Below are positions 16,237-26,700 of a DNA stretch of 64,000 nucleotides, one piece after another. Made by a program: the position numbers and the translations under genes. Below the pieces are notes generated by a model. It did not search any database. It was not told the origin of the DNA and saw only the letters and a list, made by a program, of their open reading frames with translations. Position 1 is the stretch's first letter. The number at the start of each line of letters is the position of its first letter. Origin of the DNA: an uncultured bacterium. Its GTDB lineage: Bacteria > Verrucomicrobiota > Kiritimatiellia > RFP12 > UBA3636. Location of the stretch: NCBI GenBank assembly GCA_902761575.1, contig CACWKU010000001.1, positions 22,435-86,434 on the forward strand. The letters are read 5' to 3'.

Positions 16237-17158
16237 CCCGAAGCGGGAACCCGGCCGACTCGCGCAGGAGCGCGGTGATGCGCGCGGAGACGGCGTCCTC
16301 CGGCGCGCGGAGGCGCAGGACGCGCGCGTTGCCCGCCGGATCGGGCGCGAAGGGCGTGGAGAGGTCCGGCGCCACGCGGACGCGCCCCGGCTCGCCAAGC
16401 CCGTAGCACTCGTTCTCGCCGTGGACCGCGAGGTCGACGGTGACCGGGTCCCAGCTCGGGCGCGTCATCCCGGGGCCGCAGTAGCGCCGGAACGCCTCGG
16501 CGAGCGGATGCGCGGCGCAGTCCGGCGGCAGGCCGGAGAGGTCGGTGACCACCTTCTCGCCGCTCTCGAACCCGACGAAGACGATCGGGCCGTCCCACGC
16601 GTCGAGGAAGCGGCGCGTGGCCTCCGGGCGTTCGCGGACGTTGGTCTCCGCGTAGCCCGCGCACCGTCCGAAGCCGCCCGCCATCGCCCAGACGGCGCGC
16701 ACCTTGCGTCGGAAGAGCGCGGGGTCCTCCGCGAGGACCTCGTCGAGCGTGTTGAAGAAGCCGATCGAGATCACGTCGACGGAGCCGTCCGCCGCCTCCG
16801 CGAAGACGCGGCGGTAGAGCTCGCGCGCGGCGCACGACGTGGCGGGGTGCGCACCCCGCCACAATGCCGCGAGCGCGGCGAGATACGGGGACTCGTTGCC
16901 GCTCGGCGGAGGCGGGTCGTCCGTGACGCCGACGGGGACGTCCTGCAGGCCCCACGCGGCGAGGACCGCCTTCACCGCGGGCGCGGCGAGCGGCGTCTCG
17001 ACGTTGCACGAGACGCCGCCGATGCGGAACGCGCCGGCGTGGCGGCGCGACTCGGCGCAAAGCAGCGCGAGCGCGGCGACGTCGTCGACGTCGCCGCAGA
17101 AGTCCGTCTCGAGAACGACGGTCGCGCCCGTGCGGGCGGCGAGGGGCTCGGGCGTCAT
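16226..17158 (-). CDS. Inosine-uridine-preferring nucleoside hydrolase (IUNH)-like protein (310 aa)
   Basis: C-terminal part of track ORF 16226..19435, trimmed to the ATG at 17158. That ATG overlaps the upstream stop as ATGA. The N-terminal Asp cluster VVLETDFCGDVDDVAAL is IUNH-like. No signal peptide. Contains the 24-nt palindrome at 16839-16862. Its 3' end overlaps the convergent gene 14533..16236 by 11 nt. Confidence 0.75.
   Translation of the reverse strand: MTPEPLAARTGATVVLETDFCGDVDDVAALALLCAESRRHAGAFRIGGVSCNVETPLAAPAVKAVLAAWGLQDVPVGVTDDPPPPSGNESPYLAALAALWRGAHPATSCAARELYRRVFAEAADGSVDVISIGFFNTLDEVLAEDPALFRRKVRAVWAMAGGFGRCAGYAETNVRERPEATRRFLDAWDGPIVFVGFESGEKVVTDLSGLPPDCAAHPLAEAFRRYCGPGMTRPSWDPVTVDLAVHGENECYGLGEPGRVRVAPDLSTPFAPDPAGNARVLRLRAPEDAVSARITALLRESAGFPLRATC
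16839..16862. repeat. Perfect 24-nt palindrome GTGGCGGGGTGCGCACCCCGCCAC inside the nucleoside-hydrolase-like CDS
   Basis: Read directly from the sequence. It encodes ..LWRGAHPATS.. in the gene frame. Confidence 0.9.
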
Positions 17159-19524
17159 CGCAGAACCAGGATGGTCGGGGGGTCGCCGTAGTGTTCGAAG
17201 CACCCGACGTCGGGGCCGCCGCCGAAGTCGCGTGGCCGCTTGCCGAGGAAGTCGCGCGCGCCGGCCATCCAGTCGCAGAGAACGCCGGCATCCCTCAGCG
17301 GCGACTTCGCGCGGGGAGACCAGTCTCCCTTGTCCGGCTTCGCGAAACGGACGCCCCTTTCGTCGCAGGCCGCCGTGATCCGCGCGGACGCGCCCGACGG
17401 ATCGCGCGCGAGGACCTCCGCGACGGCGTTGGCGCTTCCGCCCTCGACGACCGTGCTCGCGATCCGGACCACGTTGGTCAGGGACGGGCAGTTGTCGACG
17501 GGGGACTCGCACCAGTAGAGGCCGGGCGCGCCCCTGTACTTCCGGCCCCAGGGCCAGCCGTCGGTCTTCGGGAGGTTGTCCCAGAACACGCAGTTGGTGA
17601 TCGCGGGGACCGACGAGTCGTTCTGGAAGTAGACGAGGCCTCCGACGTTGCGGACGAAGGTGCAGTTCGCGAGGGCGGGGAAGCTGCCCAGCTTGAACGG
17701 GCACCGGTTGTCGACGAAGAGCGTGCTGGTGATCTTGGCGACGGACGCGTCCGGCGACCGGAAGAAGGACGGCAGTTGGCTTCCGCTCGACGAGGTGTTG
17801 ATCGTCGTCGCGGTGTCCGAAACCACGCATCGGTCGAGCCGGGCGCGGCCGTAGAAGAGCCCGGCGTTCGAGGAATCGAGCACGTTGCCGGCGATCGTGC
17901 AGGCAACGAGGCGGACGGCTCCGTTCGGGCAGTCGCCGTTGTTGGAGCCGAACGTCATTCCGGCCAGCCCGCCGCCGTCCGAGCGGAGCGTCTGGTTCCG
18001 GAAGACGCAGTTCGTAACGGTCGTGTGGCTCGTCGCGGCGACGGATGTCTGCCCCCGGCTGGCGGTCCGCTCGACGTAGCAGGCGTCGAACGCCGAATTC
18101 TCGATCCAGAGCGAACCGTAGATCGCGCCGCCTGCGTTCCACATATCGGTCCAGGACGTTCCGCACCGGACGAACTCGCATCCGTCGACGATGCCGTATT
18201 CGGACCGCGCGTCGAAGTCCGTGTGCGTTTCGTCGGGGGCGTAGATCGCGCCGCCGAAGCGCGCCGTGCAGTCGACGAAATCGCAGTCGCGGATGGTCGC
18301 CGTGTTGACCGCCGCCGAACCGTCGAGCCGGATCGCGCCGCCCTTGTCCGAGCTGCCGTTCTTGAAGGTGACGCCCCGGACGGTGAAGCCGGACGCGGAC
18401 ACCCGGAGCAGGTTGGCGGACGAATCGCCGTCGAGGATCGTCTTGCCCTTGCCCTCGCGCGAGACGACCGTCAGGTTCGCCGCGGTGACGTCGATCGCCG
18501 ACGTCGCCGTGTAGATGCCGCGGTTCACGACGACCGTCGCGCCGTTGGTCGCGCCCTCGATCTCCGCCTTGAGCCGGGCGAAGTCCCCGACCGTCGCGAA
18601 GATCTCGAAGGAAACGCCCGCCGGCAGAGAGGTCTTGCCCTTGTCGCTTTCGATCGTGACCGTGCAGACGTAGTCGCCGTCGGCGAGGTTCGGGATGGCG
18701 AACTCGGCCGTCTCGCCGGTCTGGTCGCGGAGGACAGTCACCGGATCGCCGCCGTTCAGGCTGTACGAGACGGAATACTTCGTCGCGGGGTTCCCGTCCA
18801 CGTCCGTGCCCATCCCGACGTCCGCGAGCGCGATGGTCGCCGTCCGGCGGAGCGTGGAGGCGGACAGGGAGCCGATCGTCGGATGGGAGCCCGAGATGAT
18901 CTTGCGGACCTGGACCGCGTTGAAGAAGGCGGGTGCGCCCTCGTATTCGAACGTGAACGACTCGGTCCCGTTCTCGGCCGTGAACGTTCCGACGAGGGAG
19001 CCTCCGTACTGGAAGAAATAGCCTTGCGGCCGGGCGGAACACGAATGGTCCGGAGCCCAGACTTCGGTGCCGGCGGCGCCGGTGTTGGAGACGTCCGTGC
19101 AGTGGAGAATCAACTGCACGGCGTAGGTGGCTCCCGGCGTGAGCTTCTTGAGCTGAAGTTCGTGGTCGCCGACGCTCGACCACCATCCGTGCGACAGCAG
19201 GTTGGAGTAGGCGCCCGAAACACCCGGGGGAGGGACGTTCTCGTCCCCGTGCCAATGCCACTCGCCCGAAAAGCCGAAATCGGGGCATCCGGCGACGTCC
19301 TGCCGCCCGACGAACGGAACGCCGTTGACCGCGTTGGTGACGGCGGCGCCGCCGTTCGCCTGGCACCAGGCGTACGCAAGCGTTCCGTTCGTGATGATCG
19401 AATTGCCGGACTGGCTCATCGTGACCTCCTGCCACGTGACGTACGTCGCGGCGCCGGCGACGGGAACGAACAGAGATCCCGAGAGGATGGCGATCAAAAG
19501 TGTCAGAAGGGTCTTGGATTTCAT
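17155..19524 (-). CDS. Secreted right-handed beta-helix (pectate-lyase-fold) protein with an N-terminal 'QVR' module and an Ig-like repeat (789 aa)
   Basis: Track ORF 17155..20343 trimmed to the ATG at 19524 (MKSKTLLTLLIAILSGSLFVPVAGA signal peptide). The module ends FFNAVQVRKI. Parallel beta-helix style repeats are present (..VRGVTFKNG.., ..IRDCDFVDC.., ..VTNCVFRN.., ..ITNCVFWDN..). The C-terminus ..DVGCFEH.. resembles the repeat ends in 27174..33467. Confidence 0.85.
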   Translation of the reverse strand: MKSKTLLTLLIAILSGSLFVPVAGAATYVTWQEVTMSQSGNSIITNGTLAYAWCQANGGAAVTNAVNGVPFVGRQDVAGCPDFGFSGEWHWHGDENVPPPGVSGAYSNLLSHGWWSSVGDHELQLKKLTPGATYAVQLILHCTDVSNTGAAGTEVWAPDHSCSARPQGYFFQYGGSLVGTFTAENGTESFTFEYEGAPAFFNAVQVRKIISGSHPTIGSLSASTLRRTATIALADVGMGTDVDGNPATKYSVSYSLNGGDPVTVLRDQTGETAEFAIPNLADGDYVCTVTIESDKGKTSLPAGVSFEIFATVGDFARLKAEIEGATNGATVVVNRGIYTATSAIDVTAANLTVVSREGKGKTILDGDSSANLLRVSASGFTVRGVTFKNGSSDKGGAIRLDGSAAVNTATIRDCDFVDCTARFGGAIYAPDETHTDFDARSEYGIVDGCEFVRCGTSWTDMWNAGGAIYGSLWIENSAFDACYVERTASRGQTSVAATSHTTVTNCVFRNQTLRSDGGGLAGMTFGSNNGDCPNGAVRLVACTIAGNVLDSSNAGLFYGRARLDRCVVSDTATTINTSSSGSQLPSFFRSPDASVAKITSTLFVDNRCPFKLGSFPALANCTFVRNVGGLVYFQNDSSVPAITNCVFWDNLPKTDGWPWGRKYRGAPGLYWCESPVDNCPSLTNVVRIASTVVEGGSANAVAEVLARDPSGASARITAACDERGVRFAKPDKGDWSPRAKSPLRDAGVLCDWMAGARDFLGKRPRDFGGGPDVGCFEHYGDPPTILVLR

Positions 19525-19591
19525 GGTTCGCTCCCGGCTACGGGTTGCCTGGTCGGGCGAACGCGACGACGTCCCCCGCCACGAGTCCGGA

Positions 19592-19647
19592 ATCATAGTG
19601 CATCCGGCCTTGCGACGGTAGGGACGGCGCGGCCAAAAATGGGTAAA
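19592..19647 (-). promoter_or_regulatory. Tripartite upstream cassette copy 4 (putative promoter of 17155..19524 and 16226..17158)
   Basis: TTTACC (19647-19642), N18, CCCTAC (19623-19618), N20, TATGAT (19597-19592). Confidence 0.55.
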
Positions 19648-19694
19648 TACGAGGGCGGCCCGGTTGCTCGCCCAGGCGTCATTTCCGACGATGC

Positions 19695-21764
19695 CTACTT
19701 GACGATGATGATCGTGCCAAGGACCGGGCCGAACGTGTATTTCCCGTTGCCCTTCGCGGCGAAGCTCCAAAGCCCCGACCCGGGCGGCACGTCGCCCTCG
19801 AACGCCAGCCGGGGCGTGCCGTCCACGCGACTGGCCGTGAACGCCGTGACGGCGGGGTTGTGCGAATACGTCGCCAGGTTCTCCGGATCCGTGATCGTGA
19901 ACGTCGCGCCGGGCGCGAACGTGAGTCCGGCGGGGAAATCCGCGTACCGGCCCGCGAACAGGTCCGCGCACGAGGCGCGCAGGGAGTTCGTCACCGTGAC
20001 CGCGATGTTGGTGGCCCCTGCCGGGTCCGTCACGGCGCCCGCGCCCGCGAACGAGGAGAGAACGATCGAGTCGGCGCCCTCCGGGAGCCGCAGCGTCGCG
20101 CCGTACTCCACGCGCACGGACGTGTTGCTCGGCACGACGCCGTCCGTCTCGGCATGGAGCGTCCCCGACTCGACCGCTATGCCGTAAAACGTGTTGGTGG
20201 CATAGAGGAAGAGATCGTGAGTCCCGCGCTTCACCAGTTCGCCGCCCAGCCCCGCGTTGTCGGAGAGCGTGAGCGCGCATTCGTAGCGCGTAGCGCGGTT
20301 GTAGCTCTCCACATACGCCTTCGCGTTGTCGCTGTAGTCGCATCCGCGCGAGGTGACAACGACCCGCGAATGCGTCTTCGTTTCGTAGTCGTATTCGACG
20401 TAGGCGCTCGCGCCCCAGCCGGTCTCGTCCTCGAACACGATGCGCGCGGGGCCGAAATATGGCTCCGTCGTGTAGTCCCCCTCGGTCGGCAGAGCGACGG
20501 ACGCGACGCCCTTTCCCGTCGGCGCGGCAAACGAAAAAGGCATATGACTCACGGGGTTGTTTCCGGTCAATTCCGACGTGTCGATGACGAGGCCTTTCTT
20601 CCAGACGACGAAATGGCTGGGATTGCCCTTGTAGAAGTCCGCATGAGTCGGCCCAACCCCCGTCCAGTCGCTCGCCATCGTCGGCATCAGCGTTCCGCCG
20701 TCGGCGTTGACGGTAATGAGCGAAGCCGCGCCGGCAGCCCGGTGCTTGAAGAAACGCGCGGCCTTTACCGTCGCGCCGTCCTTCACGTTGAACACGTTTG
20801 TGGAAATCGTTCCGTTCCCGCCGCCAAACCGAAGCGTCTCGGTCGTAAGCAGCGTCCCCTCGCCCGACACCGTGACGTCGGAACAGCCACCGTAATCGCT
20901 AAGAAGAAAGCGCTGGGTCTGTCCGCCTTGCGTAACGCACGTGTCGTTCGTGCCGCCGGCCAGGTGGAACACGGCCGTTCCGGCGCGACTGGCGTGCACG
21001 GCGCTCTTGCTCCCGCCCTCCAGTTTGAAGAGCCCGCCCGTCTGGATAAAGCTGCCAAAACTGCCGGCGGTATGCGCGACATGGACGTTGTTGCTCACGT
21101 ACGCTTCGCCGCCCGACATGGCCCAGTGCCCTATGTCCGTGGCATTCATGCCGACTGCCGTTTCACCCTTCGCGACAAGGATGCCGCCCGTCTGGTGGAA
21201 CACGCCATAGCCGTCGTTTCCAACGCGAACCTTGTTGAGAAGCGTGTGCCCGTCGCCCATCAGAGACCGGCTTCCGCCTTTCACGATGAACCAATCGCGG
21301 AACACGCGCGATGCCGTGCTGATCATTTGCATAAGACCTTGGTCGATTTGCACACCGCACGCGAGGTCGACATTGCCGTTTAGGTACAGTACGCCCGTCC
21401 CCCTCTTGCGGAACAAGATGTCCGACGTGGTGGTCGAGCCGCGGGTCAAGGTTCCGTTGAGACGCAATTCGTTTGATCCGGCGGTTTCGATGTAGAGAGC
21501 GCCTTCCTCGATCACCACGTCGCCCGAATACTCCGTCGTCGTCGTCCGCAGCACCACCGTTCCGGCACCCCTCTTCACGACCCGCGAGAAACCGTCAATC
21601 GCCGCAACGACCGTATACTCTTCGCCGGCGTCGGCCGTCACGACGTAGTCCGTACCTTCCGCACCCTCGCTGCCGGCCCGCGCCGAGAGCGGGGCGAACA
21701 ACGTGCACGATGCGATGGTCGCCGCGAGGGTGGCGGCGGCGTTTCTCCTTGCGATGCATTTCAT
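19695..21764 (-). CDS. Secreted protein with autotransporter-associated beta-strand-type repeats, and no translocator barrel in the ORF (689 aa)
   Basis: Track ORF. Signal peptide MKCIARRNAAATLAATIASCTLFAPLSARA. Repeated G-rich beta-strand segments (..KRGAGTVVL.., ..GALYIE.., ..GGTL..). Noticeably lower GC than its neighbours. Ends ..GPVLGTIIIVK. Confidence 0.75.
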   Translation of the reverse strand: MKCIARRNAAATLAATIASCTLFAPLSARAGSEGAEGTDYVVTADAGEEYTVVAAIDGFSRVVKRGAGTVVLRTTTTEYSGDVVIEEGALYIETAGSNELRLNGTLTRGSTTTSDILFRKRGTGVLYLNGNVDLACGVQIDQGLMQMISTASRVFRDWFIVKGGSRSLMGDGHTLLNKVRVGNDGYGVFHQTGGILVAKGETAVGMNATDIGHWAMSGGEAYVSNNVHVAHTAGSFGSFIQTGGLFKLEGGSKSAVHASRAGTAVFHLAGGTNDTCVTQGGQTQRFLLSDYGGCSDVTVSGEGTLLTTETLRFGGGNGTISTNVFNVKDGATVKAARFFKHRAAGAASLITVNADGGTLMPTMASDWTGVGPTHADFYKGNPSHFVVWKKGLVIDTSELTGNNPVSHMPFSFAAPTGKGVASVALPTEGDYTTEPYFGPARIVFEDETGWGASAYVEYDYETKTHSRVVVTSRGCDYSDNAKAYVESYNRATRYECALTLSDNAGLGGELVKRGTHDLFLYATNTFYGIAVESGTLHAETDGVVPSNTSVRVEYGATLRLPEGADSIVLSSFAGAGAVTDPAGATNIAVTVTNSLRASCADLFAGRYADFPAGLTFAPGATFTITDPENLATYSHNPAVTAFTASRVDGTPRLAFEGDVPPGSGLWSFAAKGNGKYTFGPVLGTIIIVK

Positions 21765-21833
21765 GGGGAGTCTCCTGGCTGGGTCGGGTTTTCTGTCGTC
21801 CGCCGCGGACGATGCCCGCGCCGGACGCCCCCG

Positions 21834-21890
21834 ATTCTACGCCCACACGCTCGCGGAAGGATAGGTACAAGATGCGCAAAATCTGGTAAA
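21834..21890 (-). promoter_or_regulatory. Tripartite upstream cassette copy 5 (putative promoter of 19695..21764)
   Basis: TTTACC (21890-21885), N18, ACCTAT (21866-21861), N21, TAGAAT (21839-21834). Confidence 0.55.
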
Positions 21891-21947
21891 TATGAGACCA
21901 GGCCACCGCCCGCGACGAAGTCGCGTGGCGGCATTCTCGGTTCGCGG

Positions 21948-23765
21948 TCAGGTTCTTTCGACGGTAATCCGCGCGGAGAACGCGAGGCCGGCGCGGAGGG
22001 GCGCCGTCAGGTAGGCGTAGAGGAATCCCGCGATCGGGGAAAAGGCGCGGTCGCCGCGGTCGGTCTTCGCAAGTTCGAACGGCAGGTCGGATTCGACCGT
22101 GACGACCGCGTCGCCCCGCCGGATTCGGACGCGCCCGTCCGCGAGTTCGACGCGGTCGGCGGCCGTCGCGACGAGCGGAAGCACGAAGCGCGCGTCCGCC
22201 TCGCACATGCCGACGATCGAGAACGCGTTCCCGTCCACGCGCGAAACCAGTTCGTAGGCCGCGCCGCGCGTCCCGTCGCGCCCCGTCAGACGGCCGCGCG
22301 CGCGGCATTCGACGGCGCCCGCGGCGGATGTTGACTCCATCTCGGCGTCCGCGTCCCGCGCGGAGCTCGAAGAATCGTTCGCCTCGATGCGCGGCATCAT
22401 CGAAAGCACCGTCCGCTCGTGGCGGAGGTCCTGCAGGTTGCGGGCCTCGACGATCGCGTAGTCCGCCATCGTGCCGACGACGAGCGGCCCGACCGCTTCG
22501 TGCCAGACCATCGACGGACCGCCGCCGGAAACCCGGAGCCCGGTCATGCCCTGCGCGAAGGAGTCTCCGCCCGCGAACGTGACGCGCCAGGGACCGACGG
22601 CGGCGAGCGCCACGCCGATCGAGGGGAAGGACTTGAGTCCGTAGGCGCGTTCGCGCGGCAGGGGCGCATCGGCGCCCCGCTCGGGGATCGAATCGTCCAG
22701 GAGGACGTCGACGACGGACTTCGCGTGCGTGAACGAATGGTGGATGCATGCCGGCTCGCCGGCCGCCTCGTACTGCACGCCGCCCGCCAGAAGGCCGGAG
22801 GCGTTCGTGCAGCGCTCGTACAGGGCGAGGTGGAGCCCCATCGCCCTCGCGGCCCAGGGCACGCCCGACTTGGCGAGGGCGCCGAGGATCGGCAGGAGGC
22901 CGTCCGACGTGCGGCTGCCGTAGTACGTCCACTTCGCGCTCCGGCTCCCGAAGGAGTCGTCCACGCCGCCGTCGGGTAGGAGGAACTCGGCATGCACGGC
23001 CGCCGAGGCGAGGACGGCGTCCTTCATCCGCCCGTCGCCGCAGAGTTCGGCATACGCGAACAGAGACGGCAGCGACTCCTCCAGATTGTAGCCGAGGTCG
23101 ACGTACGCGTGCCCGCGCGGCGAGCGGTGCGACATCGGCGCGCCTTCGCCCGTGAAAAGTCCGTCCGGAAGGAACGACTTCATCACGCGGTCGGCCATCG
23201 ACCGGGCCAGAGCCGTCCTGCCGGCGTCGCCCAGTACGCGCCCGGCGAGCGCCATCGCCTCGCAGAAGGACGCCGGATAGTTCACGTTGGTGGACTCCAC
23301 GAACGACTCGTCGAACCGCTCGACGACGAAGTCCGTGTCCCGCTCGAAGAGCGCGCTCCAGCGCACGCGCAGGTCCCGCGGCAGCCGGTCGCCGAAACGG
23401 AGAAGCGTCTTGCCGAGGGCGATCTGCGCGAACACGGTGATGGCCCACCACTGGCTCTGGAAGTCGTTGTAGAGGCCGCCGTCCTCCCGGCGCATCGCGG
23501 CCTCCGTCCAGTCGACGGCCCGCTCCGCCGCCGCGAGGTACTTCTCGTCCCCCGTGCGCGTCCAGCGGTAGGCCAGCGGATAGGCGAGGTCGCCGACGCG
23601 CCCGTGGAGGACGCCGCACGCGGGGCACGCGATCGCGCCGTCGAGCATTGGGTCGCCCGTTCCCGCGATCTGCCGCGCGAGGAGGGCGTCGCACCACCGG
23701 GCGACGAGCCCCTCGGCGGCCTCCCGGCTCCAGGACGAAGACGTTGAAAGCGTGTTGGATTCCAT
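21948..23765 (-). CDS. Hypothetical enzyme, probably an alpha/alpha-toroid plus C-terminal beta-sandwich (polysaccharide lyase/hydrolase-like); function uncertain (605 aa)
   Basis: C-terminal part of track ORF 21948..27086, trimmed to the ATG at 23765 (MESNTLSTSSSW..), 20 nt downstream of the previous gene's stop. Sensible amino-acid composition with W/Y/F-rich helical repeats (..YLAAAERAVDWTEAAMR.., ..WWAITVFAQIALGKT..). No signal peptide seen. Confidence 0.7.
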   Translation of the reverse strand: MESNTLSTSSSWSREAAEGLVARWCDALLARQIAGTGDPMLDGAIACPACGVLHGRVGDLAYPLAYRWTRTGDEKYLAAAERAVDWTEAAMRREDGGLYNDFQSQWWAITVFAQIALGKTLLRFGDRLPRDLRVRWSALFERDTDFVVERFDESFVESTNVNYPASFCEAMALAGRVLGDAGRTALARSMADRVMKSFLPDGLFTGEGAPMSHRSPRGHAYVDLGYNLEESLPSLFAYAELCGDGRMKDAVLASAAVHAEFLLPDGGVDDSFGSRSAKWTYYGSRTSDGLLPILGALAKSGVPWAARAMGLHLALYERCTNASGLLAGGVQYEAAGEPACIHHSFTHAKSVVDVLLDDSIPERGADAPLPRERAYGLKSFPSIGVALAAVGPWRVTFAGGDSFAQGMTGLRVSGGGPSMVWHEAVGPLVVGTMADYAIVEARNLQDLRHERTVLSMMPRIEANDSSSSARDADAEMESTSAAGAVECRARGRLTGRDGTRGAAYELVSRVDGNAFSIVGMCEADARFVLPLVATAADRVELADGRVRIRRGDAVVTVESDLPFELAKTDRGDRAFSPIAGFLYAYLTAPLRAGLAFSARITVERT

Positions 23766-23785
23766 GGTTCCGATTCGTCGGGAGG

Positions 23786-26700
23786 CTACCGGAGGAACTC
23801 CTCCGCGTCGTCGCCGTAGTAGAACAGATGCGTCGAGTGGAGGGCGGCGTCGAACGAGAACACGTCCGTGTCGCGGGCGACGACGCGGCGGCCGACCAGG
23901 TCGACGACGGTCGTCCTGCGCGGCAGGCGGACGGTCTTCGCGCCCGCCGTGCGCGCATGCAGCGTGAACAGCGCGTCGTTCGCCTCGATCGGATCGTCCG
24001 AGTCGCACCAGACGTGCACGCCGGCCTTCGCGGCGAGCGACCGGATGAAGGGGATGTCGAGCTGCCACGCGCCCGAGAAGTACGACGGCGAGCCGTCGAC
24101 CGTCGAGACCGTCAGACCCGGCTTGCCGTTCGCGTAGACGCCCAGCACCTCGTCGGCCGCGACCGGGGCGAACGCCTGCGCGACCTGTGCGTCCGGCATG
24201 CCCATCCAGCGGCCGTCGCTCTCCATCTTCACGCCGGCCACGGTCGGCTCCGCGATGCGCTCGAACCCGATGCCCGTGAGGGCCTTCATGTCCGCGAGCG
24301 AATTCCCCCTGCTCCACCCGGGCGCGTAGAGCCAGAGGATCGTCGCGCCGCGCGCGCGGATCCGCTCCACCGCCTCGCGGACGGAGTCGTCGAAGGTCAG
24401 CTGGTTCAGGAAGACGTACAGCCTGTAGTCGCCGGCGTACCGGCCGAGGTCCTCCGCCAGCAGGAAGTCGACGGGCGTTCCGGAGCGCGCGAACTTCGTG
24501 TGCAGGGCGCCGAAGATCTCGCCGTTGTAGACCGCGAGCCTCTCCTCGGCGCGCTTCACGGTGCCGTCGGGGGCGTACTCCTGCGTCCAGCGGCCCGTCC
24601 GGGCGAACGGGCGCCGGTTGAGCGACGGCGTCGCCACGATCGACCGCTCGCTCGCGACGAGCGCCACCTCGGCATGGCGGCCGACCCGGCGCCCGAGGCA
24701 GAAGCGCATCGCGTCGAGCACGTCGCGTCCGACCTTCGCGCATTCGGGGGAATCGCAGTCGACGCCCGTCGCGAGCGCGTAGAAGTACGGCCAGCCGCCG
24801 CGGCACATCGTGGCGGCCGCGTCGCGCAGCAGCACCGCGGCGGTCTGCTCGGGGGTCAGGGTCTGCTTGAAGCCGTAGAAGTTCGGCCGGATCCGGTTGT
24901 GCGTGCGCGTGTCGTCCTCGTTGACGGCCAGGATGCCGGCGGCGTTCAGCGTGGCGGACGGCTTCATGTCGCCGCAGGCGTCGCCGATCCGGCGCTCGCC
25001 GTAGCTCTGGGGCGAAAGCAGGAAGTCGATCCGCCCGTCGTTCCCGTCCAGCAGCGTCTTGAGGGCGAAGTGCCCGCGCCACTGGTCGAACCCGTTCGCG
25101 TTCAGGTAGAACGTGTAGCCGTAGTAGGTCCCCACGAGCTTGGTGCGCCCGAGCGACCGCAGCACGTCCTTCGCGTGCCCGCACGCCTCCAGCGCGTCCT
25201 TCGCGATGATCCACGAGTTGTAGTCCATGTAGGCGATCGCGTTCCGATGCCGCTCCCCGTCCCAGAGGACGTCCAGGGGCGAATCGAGCGCCTGCCGCTC
25301 GGCGAGGTCGGGGACGTGCGGGTCCGCGAGCCCGGGATACCGTTCGGCGGCGAACGCCGCGAAGGCCTTCTTGTTGACGTCCGAGAAGTCGCGCACGTGG
25401 CCGGGCTTCGCGTCCCATCCCAGCCATTCCACCGTCACGCCCGAGTTCACGCGGTAGCCGATGATCCGGTTGGCGTAGGGGGACGATTCCAGGCGGCGGA
25501 TCGCCCGCTCCGTCATCTCCTTGATCTCGTCGAGCCCGAGGCGGGAGGCATAGCTCCAGCTGAAGCGGCTGGCCGGGACGATGTCCCCGGTTTCGTCGGC
25601 GGACATCTCTTGCGGGTACTTCTGCGCGAAGTCCGCCGGCGGATAGACCGAGAGGTCCCAGACGAAATACGCGTCGGGATTCGCCCGGCGGTATTTCTCG
25701 GCGATGCGGTCGAACGAGGAGAAGTCGTACGTACCGAGCCGCGGATGCCAGTCCACGCAATTGTTGTAGACCGTGACCGCGGTGAGCGGCATGTCGCTGT
25801 GGCGCGGCAGGCGGTCCGGGCGCCGCAGGTACTGGACGCCGCCCCACAGGAGCGGGAACGGCTTGTCGTCCAGATGGACCGTGGGGACGCCCGACACCGG
25901 CTTCACCTCGGCCCGGACGGGACGGTCGAATCCCGGAATCTCGGACGCCTTGCGCGCGGAGATCCGCAGGCGCCCTCCGGGCCATCCTCCCCCGTCGCAG
26001 CAGACGCCGGAGGACGAGAGCCGGATCTCGTATTCGCCCGAATGGCAGTAGAGGGGCGTCTCGAACGGAATCTCCAGCCGCCAGCGGCCGTCCGCGAGGC
26101 GGACGACGTTCGAGCTCCCCAGCGACAGCGTCTCGTCCCACCACGTGGCGTCGTTGCGGCGCAGCGCGAGGTCGGCCTCGAAGTCTCCTTCCGGCGGCGT
26201 CCCCTCGAACTCGTAGCGGAGCGTCGCCGTCTCGCCCGCCCGGACGCGCGGCGACTCGGGCCCGCCGCCGAGGAAGCGCTGCGGGCGGGCGAAGTCGCGG
26301 TAGACGAGGCGCGTGCAGCGCGGCGGCGCCGGCGGCGGGTCGGAGCAGACGACCCCCGTCCAGGCCCTTCCGTCCACGGACGACTCGAACGAGTCGTCGG
26401 TGTCGATGCGCTCCGTCGTTCCGTCGGCGTAGGCGACGAAGAGCTCCGCCAGCACGCCGCCGGGGTAGGGCCTGCGCACGCCGTACTCCATCCGGGCGTT
26501 GATCGTGTACTCCACGTCCAGCACGTTCTCCCCTTCGCGGAGCAGGGAGCGGACGTTCGCGGACGCCGGCACGCCGTCCGCCGCGCTGCGATCGTAGGCG
26601 GAGCGCATGGCGACGCTCCCGTTGAGGCTGAACGTGGCCATCGTGTCGCCGACGCCCTGGAGCCAGGCGTCCGCGGGCGCGGCCTTCAGCGCGAAGCGCC

